From Anolis carolinensis (lineage: Eukaryota), in contig NC_085842.1 in the NCBI RefSeq assembly GCF_035594765.1, positions 103,330,782 to 103,394,781 of the forward strand: a stretch of 64,000 bases of DNA, written 5' to 3'. Both the position numbers and the translations under genes were made by a program. How positions within the stretch are numbered: position 1 is the first letter of the stretch; each line of letters begins with the position of its first letter. The notes below the pieces were generated by a model. The model saw only the letters and a list, made by a program, of their open reading frames with translations. It ran no database searches and was not told where the DNA came from. Positions 23,805 to 35,832 of this stretch are shown in pieces.

Positions 23805-26800
23805 TCAAAAGCATTGCATAACAAATACATTTAAAGATGATGAAAAAAAAATAGAGGAAATCACAAACAACCAAATAGTTTTAGACCAGAAACGGGCAAC
23901 AGCAACCGCATTGTCCGTAGCTTTAAACAACTCCTCCTCCATGCATGAGGCAGGACATTGTGGGCAAGCATACATATGCGGAGTTGTTTGTTCTGCTCCA
24001 CAGTCACACAAGGTGGAGGATTCCTCCAGGTAGTGCCACGTCACCAAGTTGTCTTTAGATCTGCCCACTCCACTTCTGAGTCTGTTCAGGGACTTCCAAG
24101 TTGCCCATTCTTGGTTTGCCCCTGGGGGAAGACCCTCATGGGGGGCCATCCAGTTAGAATTGCCAGGTTTAGCTGCCCAGAGGGACACCCATGCTGTTGC
24201 TGGAGGAACATCAAGAGGAGTGGTGGTTCTCATGAAGCCCTTCCTTGATTTGAGTCTGGTGGGAGGAGGCTGATAGTCATGCAGTGGGTGGCTTTCACAA
24301 TGTTCAACCTTATTTCTCTCACAGTTAGCAGCAACTTCCCATCGCACGTCAGAAGGGGCAATGCCAGCTAACTTGTAGAGTTTATCAACAGGTGTAGGTT
24401 TAAGGCATCCTGTGATTATTCTGCATGTTTCGTTTAGTGCTATGTCCACTTGCTTTGCATGGGCAGACTTTTGCCAGACAGGACAGGCGTACTCAGCAGT
24501 TGAGAAAGACAAGGCCAGGGCTGATGTTCTTATTACTTGTGGGTCTGCACCCCATGCGCTGCCAGTCACTTTCCGCAGGATGTTGTAGCGTGCAGCTACT
24601 TTGTGCTTGGTGTTCGTGCAGTGTTTCCTATATGTTAGTGTTCGATCTAAGGTGACACCAAGATATTTAGGATGGAAACAGTGTTCGAGCTCTTGGCCTT
24701 CCCAAGTAATTTTCAGTTTCCTGTTGGCTTCACGGTTACGTAGGTGGAAAGCACACACTTGTGTCTTGGCAGGGTTGGGCTTCAGGTCGTTCTCTTTGTA
24801 GTAGCTGGAGAGGTCTTTCAAGGCATTAGTGAGTTGGTTTTCAACTGTTTCAAAATCTTTTGCTTGTGTTGTGAGGCCAAGGTCATCAGCATATATAAAG
24901 CTCTTTGTGAGTGGTGGTAGTGGCTGATCGTTCGTGAAGATGTTAAATAAGGTCGGTGCAAGAACGCTGCCTTGGGGTAAACCATTCTTTTGCCTCCTCC
25001 ATCTGCTTTTCCGGCCCTGAAACTCCACATAGAAGCTGCGGTTTTCCAGGAGGGTCTGGACAGTTTTTGTAAAGTCAAAGTCCCAGGTGATATGGTAGAC
25101 TTTATGCAGCATTTTTCTATGTTGCACCGTGTCATAGGCTGCCGTAAGGTCCACAAAAACTGTTCCCGTAATGCAGCCTTTCTCATAGCCTTCCTCGATA
25201 TGCTCAGTCAGATGAAGAATTTGACCTGTACAGTTTTTCCCTGGTCTGAAAACAGCTTGTTGTGCAATAAGCTTGGGTTCGATAACAGGTCCTAGTCGAT
25301 TTAATAGCATCCTCTCATAGACTTTATATAGATGACATAAGAGGGAGATTGGTCGGTAGTTCCTGGCATTGGAGGCATCTTTACCAGGTTTTAAAATGGC
25401 AATGATCTTAGTTTTCCTCCGTGCTCTGGGAATCTGTTTGTGTGCCAAGCATTGATTATAGAATTTCAAAAGCCAGTTTTCAGCTTTGGGGCCCAAGTGT
25501 TTGATTTGCTCCATCATCATCTAGGCCAGGTGCTTTACCAGTCTTACATCGCTTGATGGCTTCTCTGAGTTCTTTCAGGTTTAGAGGAGAAAACAACTGG
25601 TGGGTTTCAAGTTCTGGCACCCTGTTGATTTTCATCTTTACTCTGCTGCAGTTAGTTTTCCCATTCTGAATTAGCTGGTGAGCCATCTGGTCTGGTGTCA
25701 CGTTTGCGTGTCCATGGTTGACCAAAGGGTCACTATCCAGGCGTCTCAGCAGTTGCCAGGCTTTTCGGCTACTCTTGGACATGTCAAGGTTCTCAAGCAG
25801 CTCTATCCAACGGTCTTTCTTAGCATTAGCTAAGGCTGTAGATAGTTTTTGGCCTGCTTCTATAGTCCCATCACTGTATGGATTCTCTTGAAATAGTCTG
25901 AGATATTCCTGTAGCTGATTTAGCGATTTTTCGTTTAGGCCTGGTAGGTAGCTTGTGCGGCAGCCTCTAGGGATTGAGAGCCTTGAGGATCTTTTCACAG
26001 CTTCTACAAACAAGTCATAATTTTCTGTAGAAGGTTCTATATCAGAAATAGCAGCTTCCAAAGTCTCTGTAAACTTTGTCCAGTTAGCTTTATTGAAGTT
26101 ATATCTTCTGCGGAATGGGACACTTTTTGGTCTTACAGCTGCATATGCTACGCAGCATATTGGTCTGTGTTGTGTGTTCGGTATCGGGTTTAATACCCTT
26201 TTGATGCATTGGTGGATTATGCTTTCCTTTACAAAAATCAGATCAGGGTTATAACCACGCTTCCATCGGCCGCTATTAAAAGATGGTGGTAATTTACTGT
26301 CATGGAGGAGGCTCATTCTACTGTTGTCGGCCCACGTTAGAACTGCTTCGCCATTTCTATCATCTTCGTCATAGCCCCAGACACAGCTATGGCTATTGAA
26401 ATCTCCCACAACAAAATGGGCTTCATGATTGTGGCAACTGGTTGGGGGTGTAAAATAGAAATCAGCCCCAGGTGGTTTATAGAGTGATGATACGGTGCAA
26501 CTATCAAGTTCCACAGATAAGATTTCAATATTGTTCTCTTCTGTGAGGGAAGTTGCAGAGATTGCTACACCAGATCGTACAAAAATGGCACTGCCATATT
26601 GCCTGTGAGGTCGTTCCACTGCCAGTTGCATTCCAAGAATTTTTGGTCTTCGCATTGTGATGTCTCTGTGTGTTTCCTGTATACATAGGATGTCACATGA
26701 AATGTCCTCAGACATTTTGGCTAATAGTTCTTCCTTAGCAAGTGACAAACCTTCTATATTAATAGACATAATCGTTAGCAATGGTCTTGATAAAGACCTT

Positions 26801-26814
26801 TGGTATTCATCCAT
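23805..26814 (-). pseudogene. Vingi APE endonuclease + reverse transcriptase, one frameshift near 25510
   Basis: SINIEG, LCIQETH, VGDFNSH, PDLIF, TQHRPI (APE). KAPGLD then frameshift. NYRPISLL, FVDLTAAYDTV, GLPQGSVLAP, YADD, KYLGVTLD. C-terminal CDCG...H...C. Confidence 0.92.
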
Positions 26815-26834
26815 TCATCCAATGCTTTTGGGGT

Positions 26835-26923
26835 GGAAAGATTGGCCACTTACAAGAAACATTGCCCAGGGGAGGCCCGACTGAATTTACTCAATCTTCG
26901 AGGAGGCTCTTTCCGTGTCCCCC
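26835..26923 (-). ncRNA. HDV-like ribozyme at the Vingi 5' terminus
   Basis: Minus strand: P1 GGGGGAC/CTCCCCT (G1.U); P2 GGAAAGA/TCTTTCC; P3 GCC/GGC; L3 TCCTCG; then GGGCAA...TGGCCAA as in HDV; putative catalytic C at 26845. Confidence 0.78.
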
Positions 26924-28105
26924 TAATTTGATGTTTAATAGGCTTTTACTTAATCTCTCCTTATTATCCAACATATTCGCTTATCCAACGTTCTGCTGTC
27001 CTGTTTACGTTGGATAAGTGAGACTCTACTGTATTTCTATGTGCAAGGAAAGGAGTGAAGTTAATTTCTACCCATCTTTAAAATTCTCCTGTTTCTACAC
27101 ACAAATATGGAGTCTCACAAGCAACCACAAGAAGCAGTTCTGCATTGTTTGATGGGCTCTGTGGGATTTCATATTGAACTGTGCAGAAACAGAAGAAAAC
27201 TTCAATATGATGAGGTCTTTAGAACCAACAAGTATTGGTAACTTCATTGGTGTATCTGAAAAAAAACATGAATTACTTTCAGAAAAAAATAACTAGCCAG
27301 CAGCTGTGGCCTGTTGTTTTCCAAACAACTGTTGAAAAAACATCTGATGGTTGTTCTGGCTCATAAGAATTTTCTAGCCATTTTGAGGTTTTTTTTTCCC
27401 CACAGATGCTACAACATAGTATAACAGGCAGCATGTCATAAAGAAAGGGCATAGAGATTTACTGAAATGGAGAATCTAAAAGTGCAAATATCAGAAGGAA
27501 GTAGAAGAAAGAAATGTAAGAGCACATGCGGGCAAGGAGAGTGAATGTGATTGAGCCAAAGCACAAGAAAGTGTACTCTGTAAATATTATGAAAACATAT
27601 AACAAGTACATTCCTCTTGATAACTGAAAGTAGCCCTTGGAAATTTTCTTAGCATTTTTTTAGACTTCTGAAAATAAGGGACAGGAAGCAGAATGCATTT
27701 TTGCTTAATATTCTAGAACTGATTTGTTAATAATCAAATTGCATGTAGACATTTGTGTTTAAACTGCAAATTTTAAAATATTGTAATATTGTGGCAGCAA
27801 GACAATATCAAGGTATCAATGCATACTTTTACTCTTTCATTGTTCATGCCTTGTCAATGTGAACAATGAAGTAAGTATCTATGTAATGTTCTTAAGGAAT
27901 GGTTTGTCCATATCTGTTTGAAGGAAAAGAGGAAAGAATGCCAATCTGTACAATCCGTATTATCAGTTAAACACTTGTCTGTTGCCAGTCTTTCTTTTAT
28001 CCTATATAAACTTATATGCTTGATTAGAGTGGCCAAAATTGGGTGTCTTATGGGACCAAAATGAAGAATGTAGCATGATTTTGGATCTAACTCACTAATT
28101 ACTTT

Positions 28106-28640
28106 GGGCCCTTCCAAACAGACCTCAAAAGCGAGACTTGTTTCGCTTTTACCATAGGCGTTCAAACAACATCTCCTGTAAAAGTGAATTAATGTGGAGT
28201 AAACTGGGTTTCCTGGCTTACTCCACATTAATTAAATGCCTCATTTAATCTGGATCTTAATGAAAGATCCGGGCGTAAAGAGGCATTGGGCCTGTGCGGA
28301 CTGACTACCAGGACTTCTCCTGCAGTCCTGGGGGTCAGTCCCCAGTCATCCCACTTCTTCAGCCTTTGAAGAGCCCAAAAGAGCCTTCCCCCAAGCTCCA
28401 AATTTTTCCCCTAAAGCTTACTGAAAAGGGTCCCTGGCAGCCATGAAGCCTCTCCTTGTGTCATCCTGAGTGGAGGAAATGGTGCATGAGGAGAGCAAGT
28501 ATGTTCCTCCTCACTCCTCCCATCTCCACAGGTGTCATTTCCTCCACTCAGGATGACACAAGGAGAGGCTTCATGGCTGCCAGGGACTCTTTTCAGTAAG
28601 TTTTAGGGGCAACATTCAGGGCTTGGGTTTGGCTTCATGC
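28106..28640. mobile_element. Foldback Harbinger-like non-autonomous element (right end unclear)
   Basis: Starts GGGCCCTTCCAAACAG; central 74-bp inverted arms 28408-28481 and 28536-28609. Confidence 0.55.
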
Positions 28641-29715
28641 TATTATCCCCTGTAGCCACCCCTGAGAGAAAAGCCAGAGTTTGGCTTGGGGGGTAGGGAC
28701 TGGAATTTGTGCTGAAGCAAGTTACTTTAATCTGTTTGGTGTGAGTTTAGCTATGCCCTTTGAATGCCTCCAAAGATTTCATATGTCTGTATTCCCTCCT
28801 CCTTAAGAAAAAAAAACCCATTCACATTTGCACTTAGGCTAACATTTGTAAAAATGTTGGGAAAGATACCAAACTTTTGGGGATTTCAGGTTAAAGGTAT
28901 ATAAAACATTCTGAACCATTGTTCAAAATATCTTCACTTGTTCAGTAAAATCCAGCAAGAACACCAGAATAAGGGTAGTCTACATGGTCAAGAAAACCTG
29001 GGCTCATGCTGTAGTCATTTCAAGCTGTTTCCACAATGTTCACCTACGTCTGGTGAGTATTGTGGGAGTTTCAAGGGTAAATTGATTTTCCCTGCTTCAG
29101 GCAAAGTCAGGAGATACTCCAGACTTTGCTGGAAATTATGGGATATCCTGAGACTTTGGGGCACTATGAACAATGGGATCAGGTCCAATTTAGACAGGTC
29201 CATTGTCCAGATGGGACACAAATACCATCACATTTTTCCAGGGCTCATCAGTAAATCAGATGTTGATTTATCTGCTATGCTAGGCTGAATATTACAGCAC
29301 CGCAGATACAATTTGGAAATTGTGCTTGCTCTTTGTAAGTAAATTTGTTTGTGTATCATAGTCCTTTATTGTTCAATTGCTGCTGCTTCAAATCATTGAC
29401 TTAATTTGATTATATTAGCTTGCTCTGCTGTCTGCACTACAACTTCCTAGCAAGTATATTTATGAGTGTAATGAAGGTTGTAGTCAAGTACTCCAACAAA
29501 GTATCATTTTGAGGAAGCCTGGAATAAGATAATATGCTAATGCCCCAAATAGTCCTCATACAAAATATGTGTACTTACTCTGATCTGTGTTCCCACTTAG
29601 AATTAAAACATACATAAAAACAAGCACTGAATATCAGCAGGGATGACTAAAAACATTTTATTTACTGATACAGAACAGCAAGTGCACTCTCACAATACAC
29701 AGCACATCACCGTCT

Positions 29716-29763
<48 letters not shown>
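29716..29763. repeat. (CT)n microsatellite
   Basis: Perfect dinucleotide run. Confidence 0.95.
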
Positions 29764-29766
<3 letters not shown>

Positions 29767-30822
29767 CACAAAAACAGAAGAGATGGAATTAGGTTATTTT
29801 CATAGAACCATAGAATAAAGCCATCCAAAGTGTGTGCAGCAGCTATTGCTTTTTATTATATATTCCCCACACATTTATTTATTTATGTGTCATCTTTCAT
29901 TCACAGCAAGAGTTTCACTGCTCCTCCTCACCTTTCCATAGAGTAGCTCTAGGACTGGTACTGTTTTGAGTACTGCTTGGTGGATGTCAGAATCCCAAAA
30001 AGGCTTATGATTTGGCAGATCCACAATCTTTCTGACATACTCTGAGAAATTTCATACTCTGTCTCACTATTGACTCCATTGCTGGAAAGCAAGCAATGGT
30101 AAAGGAGCATTGTGCCACCATGTGAGAAGAAGGAAACCTTCCTCAGTGGACATCCCATCTCCTCAGGTCTTCCATTTTGCCCGAGGTACATTGTTACATT
30201 CAGTTGTCTGACCAACAAACACTCTAGAAATAAATTGATTTTTTTAGACTTCCCCGCCATTTCTGGATGCCACCCACTATTGACAAATAGAACTGGCCTA
30301 CTGAAACCACAAATCAAATATTCTCCTGTGTTCAAACAATTTCCATTTATTGAAATTGTACCAAAATTTGTTTCTCTCCAAATTTTCAAAGATTATGTGT
30401 AAAGAAGACTAGAAATTGAGTACATTTTAATAGTAAAATGCCTGCATAATTTCTCCATTGGTTTGAAATATTTTGTTAGATTTCTGCTGCTCGATGTGTG
30501 CACATAATGTTACTTTTATTTTATATTAGAGTGAAATATTTGTGGTTTTGGTTTGTAGTAATTGTTGAAAATGTATTCATTTTACAGGCTGTATTGCAAA
30601 TGTAGCCTGAAAATATCTACATTGTATTTTGCCACAAGCCTAGCATAAAAGGCTATAATGATGGTAATTCAGCTCTGTTAAAACCATTCCCTGTATTCAG
30701 CCAAGGGAAAATGCTATGCTAATAACAATTCCATTCAGCAGGCTTTCCATCAACAATTCAAGGTACTGTCTGAAAGTAGTTAGTGCTCACATTCATACTG
30801 CATACTGTCCAGACATGTCTTC

Positions 30823-30880
30823 GAAGAGGAGGAGGAGGAGGAAGAGGAAGAGGAAGAGGAAGAGGAAGAGGAAGAGGAAG
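30823..30880. repeat. (GAG)n/(GAGGAA)n microsatellite
   Basis: Seen directly. Confidence 0.95.
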
Positions 30881-31491
30881 TCACACAAAGCCACTGGTTT
30901 TTCTATGCCAAGAGTGAAACCTGAAAATATTTCTTCCTTATAAGCAGGGCCGGCCCAAGGAAATTTTCAAGTGTAAGCGAAACAGGATTTTGGTGCCCCC
31001 CCCCCCTAAAAAAACCCAATCACCAAGAAATAAAAGGTAGAAGGTAGAGGTGAATAGAATGGATAAAAGAGTTTACCTTACAACCAGAAGTTTATTAACA
31101 ACATTATGTTCATATAGTAACATTACATAGAATTAACGCCCATCTTGCATTTTAATAAATAAATATTTTAATAAACTTTGCAACAATTTTAATTTTTTTG
31201 TTATTTCTAGACTACAAGTACTACACAAAGGTTTCCTGGTTGTGATATCTCTTCAGAAGATTTTTCAGACTTCGGGCTAGCTTCAGATCAGTTTTGTTTG
31301 GGAGAACGCAGCCCCAGGAGAATAGACACTTCCTTTCTCAGGAAGTGAACTCTTGTCCTTCAGAAGTGCCACGCCAGCGTGGACCATTGTAATGGGAGTG
31401 GCAACATAGCCAGCCTATGGCCCCTTCACTTGAGTGGATATTTTAACATCCAGTTTTCCTTAACACAAATTAACTTGAACACTTTTAAAAA

Positions 31492-31700
31492 TTAAAACCT
31501 GATTTTTCTGACTTTCAATTTGGAAAACTCATGTACTAGGGAATCTGTGTCCATGTCATCCAACAAGCTATTTTCAATGGCCAAGGTTGATAGTCCACTC
31601 AAGCGCTCTTGACTCACAGTAGATCTTAAGTAATTTTTTATAAGTTTCAATTTTGAAAAACTCCTTTCACCGCTGGCCACGGATATTGGAAGTGTTAACA
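31492..31700 (-). pseudogene. hAT transposase C-terminal dimerization domain remnant
   Basis: LLTLPISVASGERSFSKLKLIKNYLRSTVSQERLSGLSTLAIE...F...K.RK. The upstream part of ORF 31492-31869 is antisense Penelope sequence, not transposase. Confidence 0.88.
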
Positions 31701-32051
31701 GAATTCCAGACAGGAAACAATCAGGGCCAGCTAACACCTCCCAACAAAGTATTCCCATCATCAAAGTCTGGTAAATCCTCTGTTTTCTCACGGCCACAGA
31801 TGGTAGAAGCACATACCATATCGCAAAGAACACCACTCTGAAAACAGGAGAATTCCAGACAGGAAACAATCAGGGCCAGCTAACACCTCCCAACAAAAAA
31901 TTCACTCAGAGAGGAAACAGCCAGGCTGTAAAGCTGCAAGGCCATTACATCCTTATCATTTTTCCTAATTGCAGCATTCATACTTGCCTCTAACAGACAA
32001 AAAAACAAAACAATCAGAAATATTGTATATTCACAACCTTTAAGAAATAAT

Positions 32052-32380
32052 ATCCCCTGATGGCACAGCATGTGAAAGCGCTGAGCTGCTGAAATTCTGG
32101 ACCGAAAGGCCGCAGCAGGTTTGAATTGGGGGACCAGAGTGAGCCCTCACTGTTAGCCCCAGCTTCTGCCAACCCAGAAGTTCAAAAACATGCAAATTTG
32201 AGTTCATCAATAGGTACTGCTCCAGCGGGAAGGTAACGCCGCTCCATGCAGTCATCCCACATGACCTTGGAGGAGTCTACGGACAACGCTGGCTCTTTGG
32301 CTTAGAAATGGAGATGAGCAGCAAAACCCCGAAATAAGACATGACTGGACTTAATGTCAGGGGAAAACGTTTACCCTTTA
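32052..32380 (+). mobile_element. Sauria SINE, degraded
   Basis: tRNA-like head, ...GGCTTAGAAATGGAGATGAGC...GACTGGACTTAATGTCAGGGGAAAAC.TTTACC.TTTA tail. Confidence 0.8.
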
Positions 32381-33490
32381 GGGTTGTTGTATGTCTTTCG
32401 GGCTGTGTGGCCATGTTCCAGAAGTATTCTCTCCTGACATTTCACCTACATCTATGGCAAGCATCCTCAGAGGTTGTGTGGTATATTGGAAACTAAGTCA
32501 GTGAGGTTTATATATCTGTGGAAGATCCAGGGTGGGATAAAGAACCTTTGTCTGTTGGAGGCAGGTGTTGTTGTAATTAATCACCTTGATTAGCATTTGA
32601 TGGCCCTGTGGCCTCAAGGCTGGCTTCTTCCTGTCTGGGAGAATCCTTTGTTGGGAGGTGTTAGCTGTCCCTGATTGTTTCATGTCTGGAATTCCCCTGT
32701 TTTCTGAGTGTTGTTCTTTATTTACTGTTCTGATTTTAGAGTTTTTTTAAATACTGGTAGCCAGATTTTGTTCATTTTCATGGTTTCCTTCTTTCTGTTG
32801 AAATTGTCCACATTGCAGACATGAATCAATCAGGGCCAGCTAACAACTCCCAACAAAGGATTCCTCCAGGGAGGAATCAGCCAGGCCTTGAAGCGCAAGG
32901 CTTTTCAATGCTAATCAAAGTGATTAGTTGCAACATTGGCACTTGCCTCCAACAGACAAGAGTTCCTTCTCCCACCCTGGAACTTCCACAGATATATAAA
33001 TCCCACTTGCCTAGTTTCCAACAGACCTCACACTTCTGAGGATGCCTGCTATAGATGTGGGTGTTTCATATATTGCATTGCTTTAGTTTTGAATAGACCT
33101 CACAACAGTTGAGGATTTTTTGTGTGTCAGGAGTGACTTGAGAAACTGCAAATCCTTTCTGGTATGAGGGAATTAGTAGTCTGCAAGGATGTGGCACAGG
33201 GGACGCCCAGATGTTTTGATGTTTTTACCATCCGTGTGGGAGGCTTCTCTCATGTCCCCGTTTGGAGCTGGAGCTGATAAAGGGAGCTCATCCATGCTCT
33301 CCTCGGGTTGGATTCAAACAGGCAACCTTCAAGTCAGAAACCGAACCATTAGCAACCCATCAGTCCTGCCAGCACAAGGGTTTAACCCACTGCGCCAACA
33401 GGGGTCTCCCTGCCGTAGATGTGGGTGAAATGTCAGGAGAGAATGCTTCTGGAGCATGGCCATACAGCCCAGAAGACTCAGTGCAACCCA
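32381..33490. mobile_element. Head-to-head Penelope (Poseidon-like) 3' fragments with minimal hammerhead remnants
   Basis: 32381-32815 (minus) and 32816-33490 (plus) are the same family as 47231-48380. Hammerhead remnants at 32433-32473 (-), ~33033-33062 (+, partial) and one split by a SINE. Confidence 0.75.
33116..33409 (-). mobile_element. tRNA-headed Vingi-derived SINE
   Basis: Reverse complement matches 7870-8130 and 513-723; keeps GTCCCCT as the P1 3' strand. Confidence 0.82.
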
Positions 33491-35439
33491 GATCCTGGGA
33501 GAAGTTTGCCGTCCTCTGAAAGGCAGCACTGTCTAAAGCTATGTCCCTTTAATGAGGGGGGTCCAAAGCCGCCTCGGGTTCTAGGTGGAGCAAGGGTCCA
33601 AACGAGCTCCTCTCCCTCCTCCCTCCCTCCCCGTACCTGTCGAAAGAGGCGCCCCAAAACCCAGCGAGTGAGGGAGGGAGGAGCGGAGTGTGCGCGGGGG
33701 TAGGTGGGTGTGGCTTCACTCCCACGAGCCCCTTTCTGGAGGGCGGGGCAGGGCAGGCGCTTCCTCCTGGCGAAGACTGCTGAGGGTGCCAGGTGCACGC
33801 GCAGGCTCTTCTCCCCATAAAGGTCGCCAGGTCGCTCTCGATTTTTGGGCCTCCAAGTTGGAGCCCTTGCCCCTCAAGAGCCATGTCGCCCTAAATGACT
33901 GGGCGCATGCCTGCGTCCAGCAACTTCAGCGCTTTGGCGCGGAGCAGCGGCGCGGCGGCAGCGGCGGCGCCCCGTAGCGCGTGCGCCCGAGGCCGCAGCT
34001 TAACCGGCCTCATACATTAAACCGGCCCTGCTTATAAGTGGACAAAAGTATAATTTTGTAGATTGACGATCTCAAAGTTTTGGGACAGCCTGTCTTAAAA
34101 ATTTTTTTAAATCAGTATCAACTTGTTTGGTCATTTGAATAAGTTATTCTTGGAAATATCAGATCATGTCAGGGAGGTAATTGCAAGAGATATGTAAAAA
34201 TCATTATTATGTCATCTGGGTTCAGATAATTTCCACTAAGAGATCATTCACAATGTACAAATATTGCAGTTTGACACCACTTTATCTGTAACAGAGATGT
34301 TTGATAGATTCATACAATGCCACAAAGCTGTTAGCTGATATTTTAAAAAGAATAATTTTTAAATACTCAAAATTAATGAACACGTCTGAGGCAAACAATA
34401 TGAGCTATGAGAATACAAAGCATTGTTGTATCTTTCTGCAAGACATCTATTTGCAGAACAAAATCCGCTAATATGTTGCAGACAAATTGAACCTCAACAT
34501 GCTGTACTCATTTCTAGAAAATAGGAACAAAACTGCAATTTTCTTCACATATATCTTTTTAAAATGTGCTTCAGTCTATCAAATTGGTTCTCAGGTAAAT
34601 TGAAGTACTTGGCAGACTGTAATTTATAAAATGCTAGATCTGGCATTACAAATTTCAAAGGGCTATAGAGTCACATTTTTATTAGCTATATGAAAGATAG
34701 ACTTAGATTGGAAATATTAAACAGCTAGACAAATAAATATGCCATTCAAATGTCAAGAATATAAGGCCAGGTTACTACCAGCTGATACCAATCAATTATA
34801 TCAAGCAAGGACTATTGTATGTTTATTTGAACATAAACTCCTTTGCATTCAGTAGGGGTACATCTCCACTGTAGAATTGATGCAGTTTGACATCACTTTA
34901 ACCACCATGACTCAATGCTATGGAATCATGGTAGTTATAAATTGGTGAGGAACTAGGACTATTTGGCATAGAAAGGAGGCAGAATTGGCTCTGGAGAGAA
35001 CACTTGTGAAAGCAATATGGATAAGAAATGGATGATAGGATGCATTAAAAGATACCAGGGGTGTACCTTCACTGGTACTTTAAGCTGGGGATGGGAGAGG
35101 GAGCAATCAGCTCAGTGGCTGTTACATGATGGATGGAGCTGATATAGTGTAACACAGGCCAAGACTGCTTAATGTAACCTTGAACCACATTAACAGAGAT
35201 CGCTGAACACTCTCGAGCTGGAGTCACCAGTGACTTCAAGCATGTTTAATAAACTGTGCCACTTCATATTTGGAACCAAAAAAGTACCAAGGCACTGCAG
35301 ATCGAGTCATTAGGAAATGACATCGAAGTGTTCTCAAGGGACCTCCTTACAAAGGGTAGTGGATCTGTAATGCATTGTGGTGAATCTGTGCGATCCCAGT
35401 GGGAGGTGTGGAGAACCCATCACTCCATACTCCCACATC

Positions 35440-35832
35440 GCCTAACTTACCTGGAACCCCAGATGGACAGGAAAAGAGATTTAAAGATGTGCTTAAACCC
35501 AACCTTAAAAACTGTGGCATAGATACCGAGAACTGGGAAGCCCTGGACCTTGAACGCTCTAACTGGAGGTCAGCTGTGAGCATCAGTGCTGCAGAATTCA
35601 AAGATGCACAATGGAGGGCTTAAGGGAGAAACATGCAAAGAAGAAGGCACATCAAACCAACCCTGACTGGGACCAATTTCCATCTAGAAACCAATGTCTT
35701 CAGTACAGAAGAAGATGTGGGTTAAGAATAGCTCTCCACAGCCACTTGCGCATCCACTGCCATGACACTACACTTGGAGGGCCATCATCCTTGGTCTACG
35801 AGGAATCACCTAAGTAAGTAAAGTAAGTAAGT
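35440..35832 (+). mobile_element. RTE LINE 3' fragment
   Basis: GQEKRFKDVLKPNLKNCGIDTENWEAL...; (TAAG)n tail; same family as 37987-40747. Confidence 0.85.

Larger units (their letters stand above)
23790..26923 (-). mobile_element. Full-length Vingi (Ingi-related) LINE
   Basis: ~3.1 kb, single APE-RT ORF, no RNase H, short A-rich tail (TGACACGAAATAAAGAAA), TSD TAATTTGA(T) at 23782-89 and 26924-31. Confidence 0.88.
23567..27031. mobile_element. Tc1/mariner-type MITE split by the Vingi insertion
   Basis: TA-flanked TIRs; halves 23567-23789 and 26924-27031 rejoin into the same sequence as 9057-9363. Confidence 0.9.
30945..34030 (-). mobile_element. Non-autonomous hAT transposon with nested TE fragments
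   Basis: TIR CAGGGCCGG/CCGGCCCTG; perfect 8-bp TSD CTTATAAG (30937-44 / 34031-38); transposase remnant inside. Confidence 0.9.

Noticed and set aside
27390-27560. Splice acceptor (TTTTCCCCACAG|ATG) marking a coding exon
   Set aside because: All three frames stop within ~12 codons; at most a non-coding or terminal exon, unsupported.
29949-30402. 146-aa and 96-aa overlapping ORFs as a host gene or ERV protein
   Set aside because: No recognisable motif and no splice support.
30716-30943. Basic RKRKRK protein
   Set aside because: Translation of the (GAGGAA)n microsatellite.
33560-34030. CpG-island-like host promoter with overlapping GC-rich ORFs
   Set aside because: It lies inside the hAT TIR/TSD boundaries, and the ORFs have no recognisable domain.
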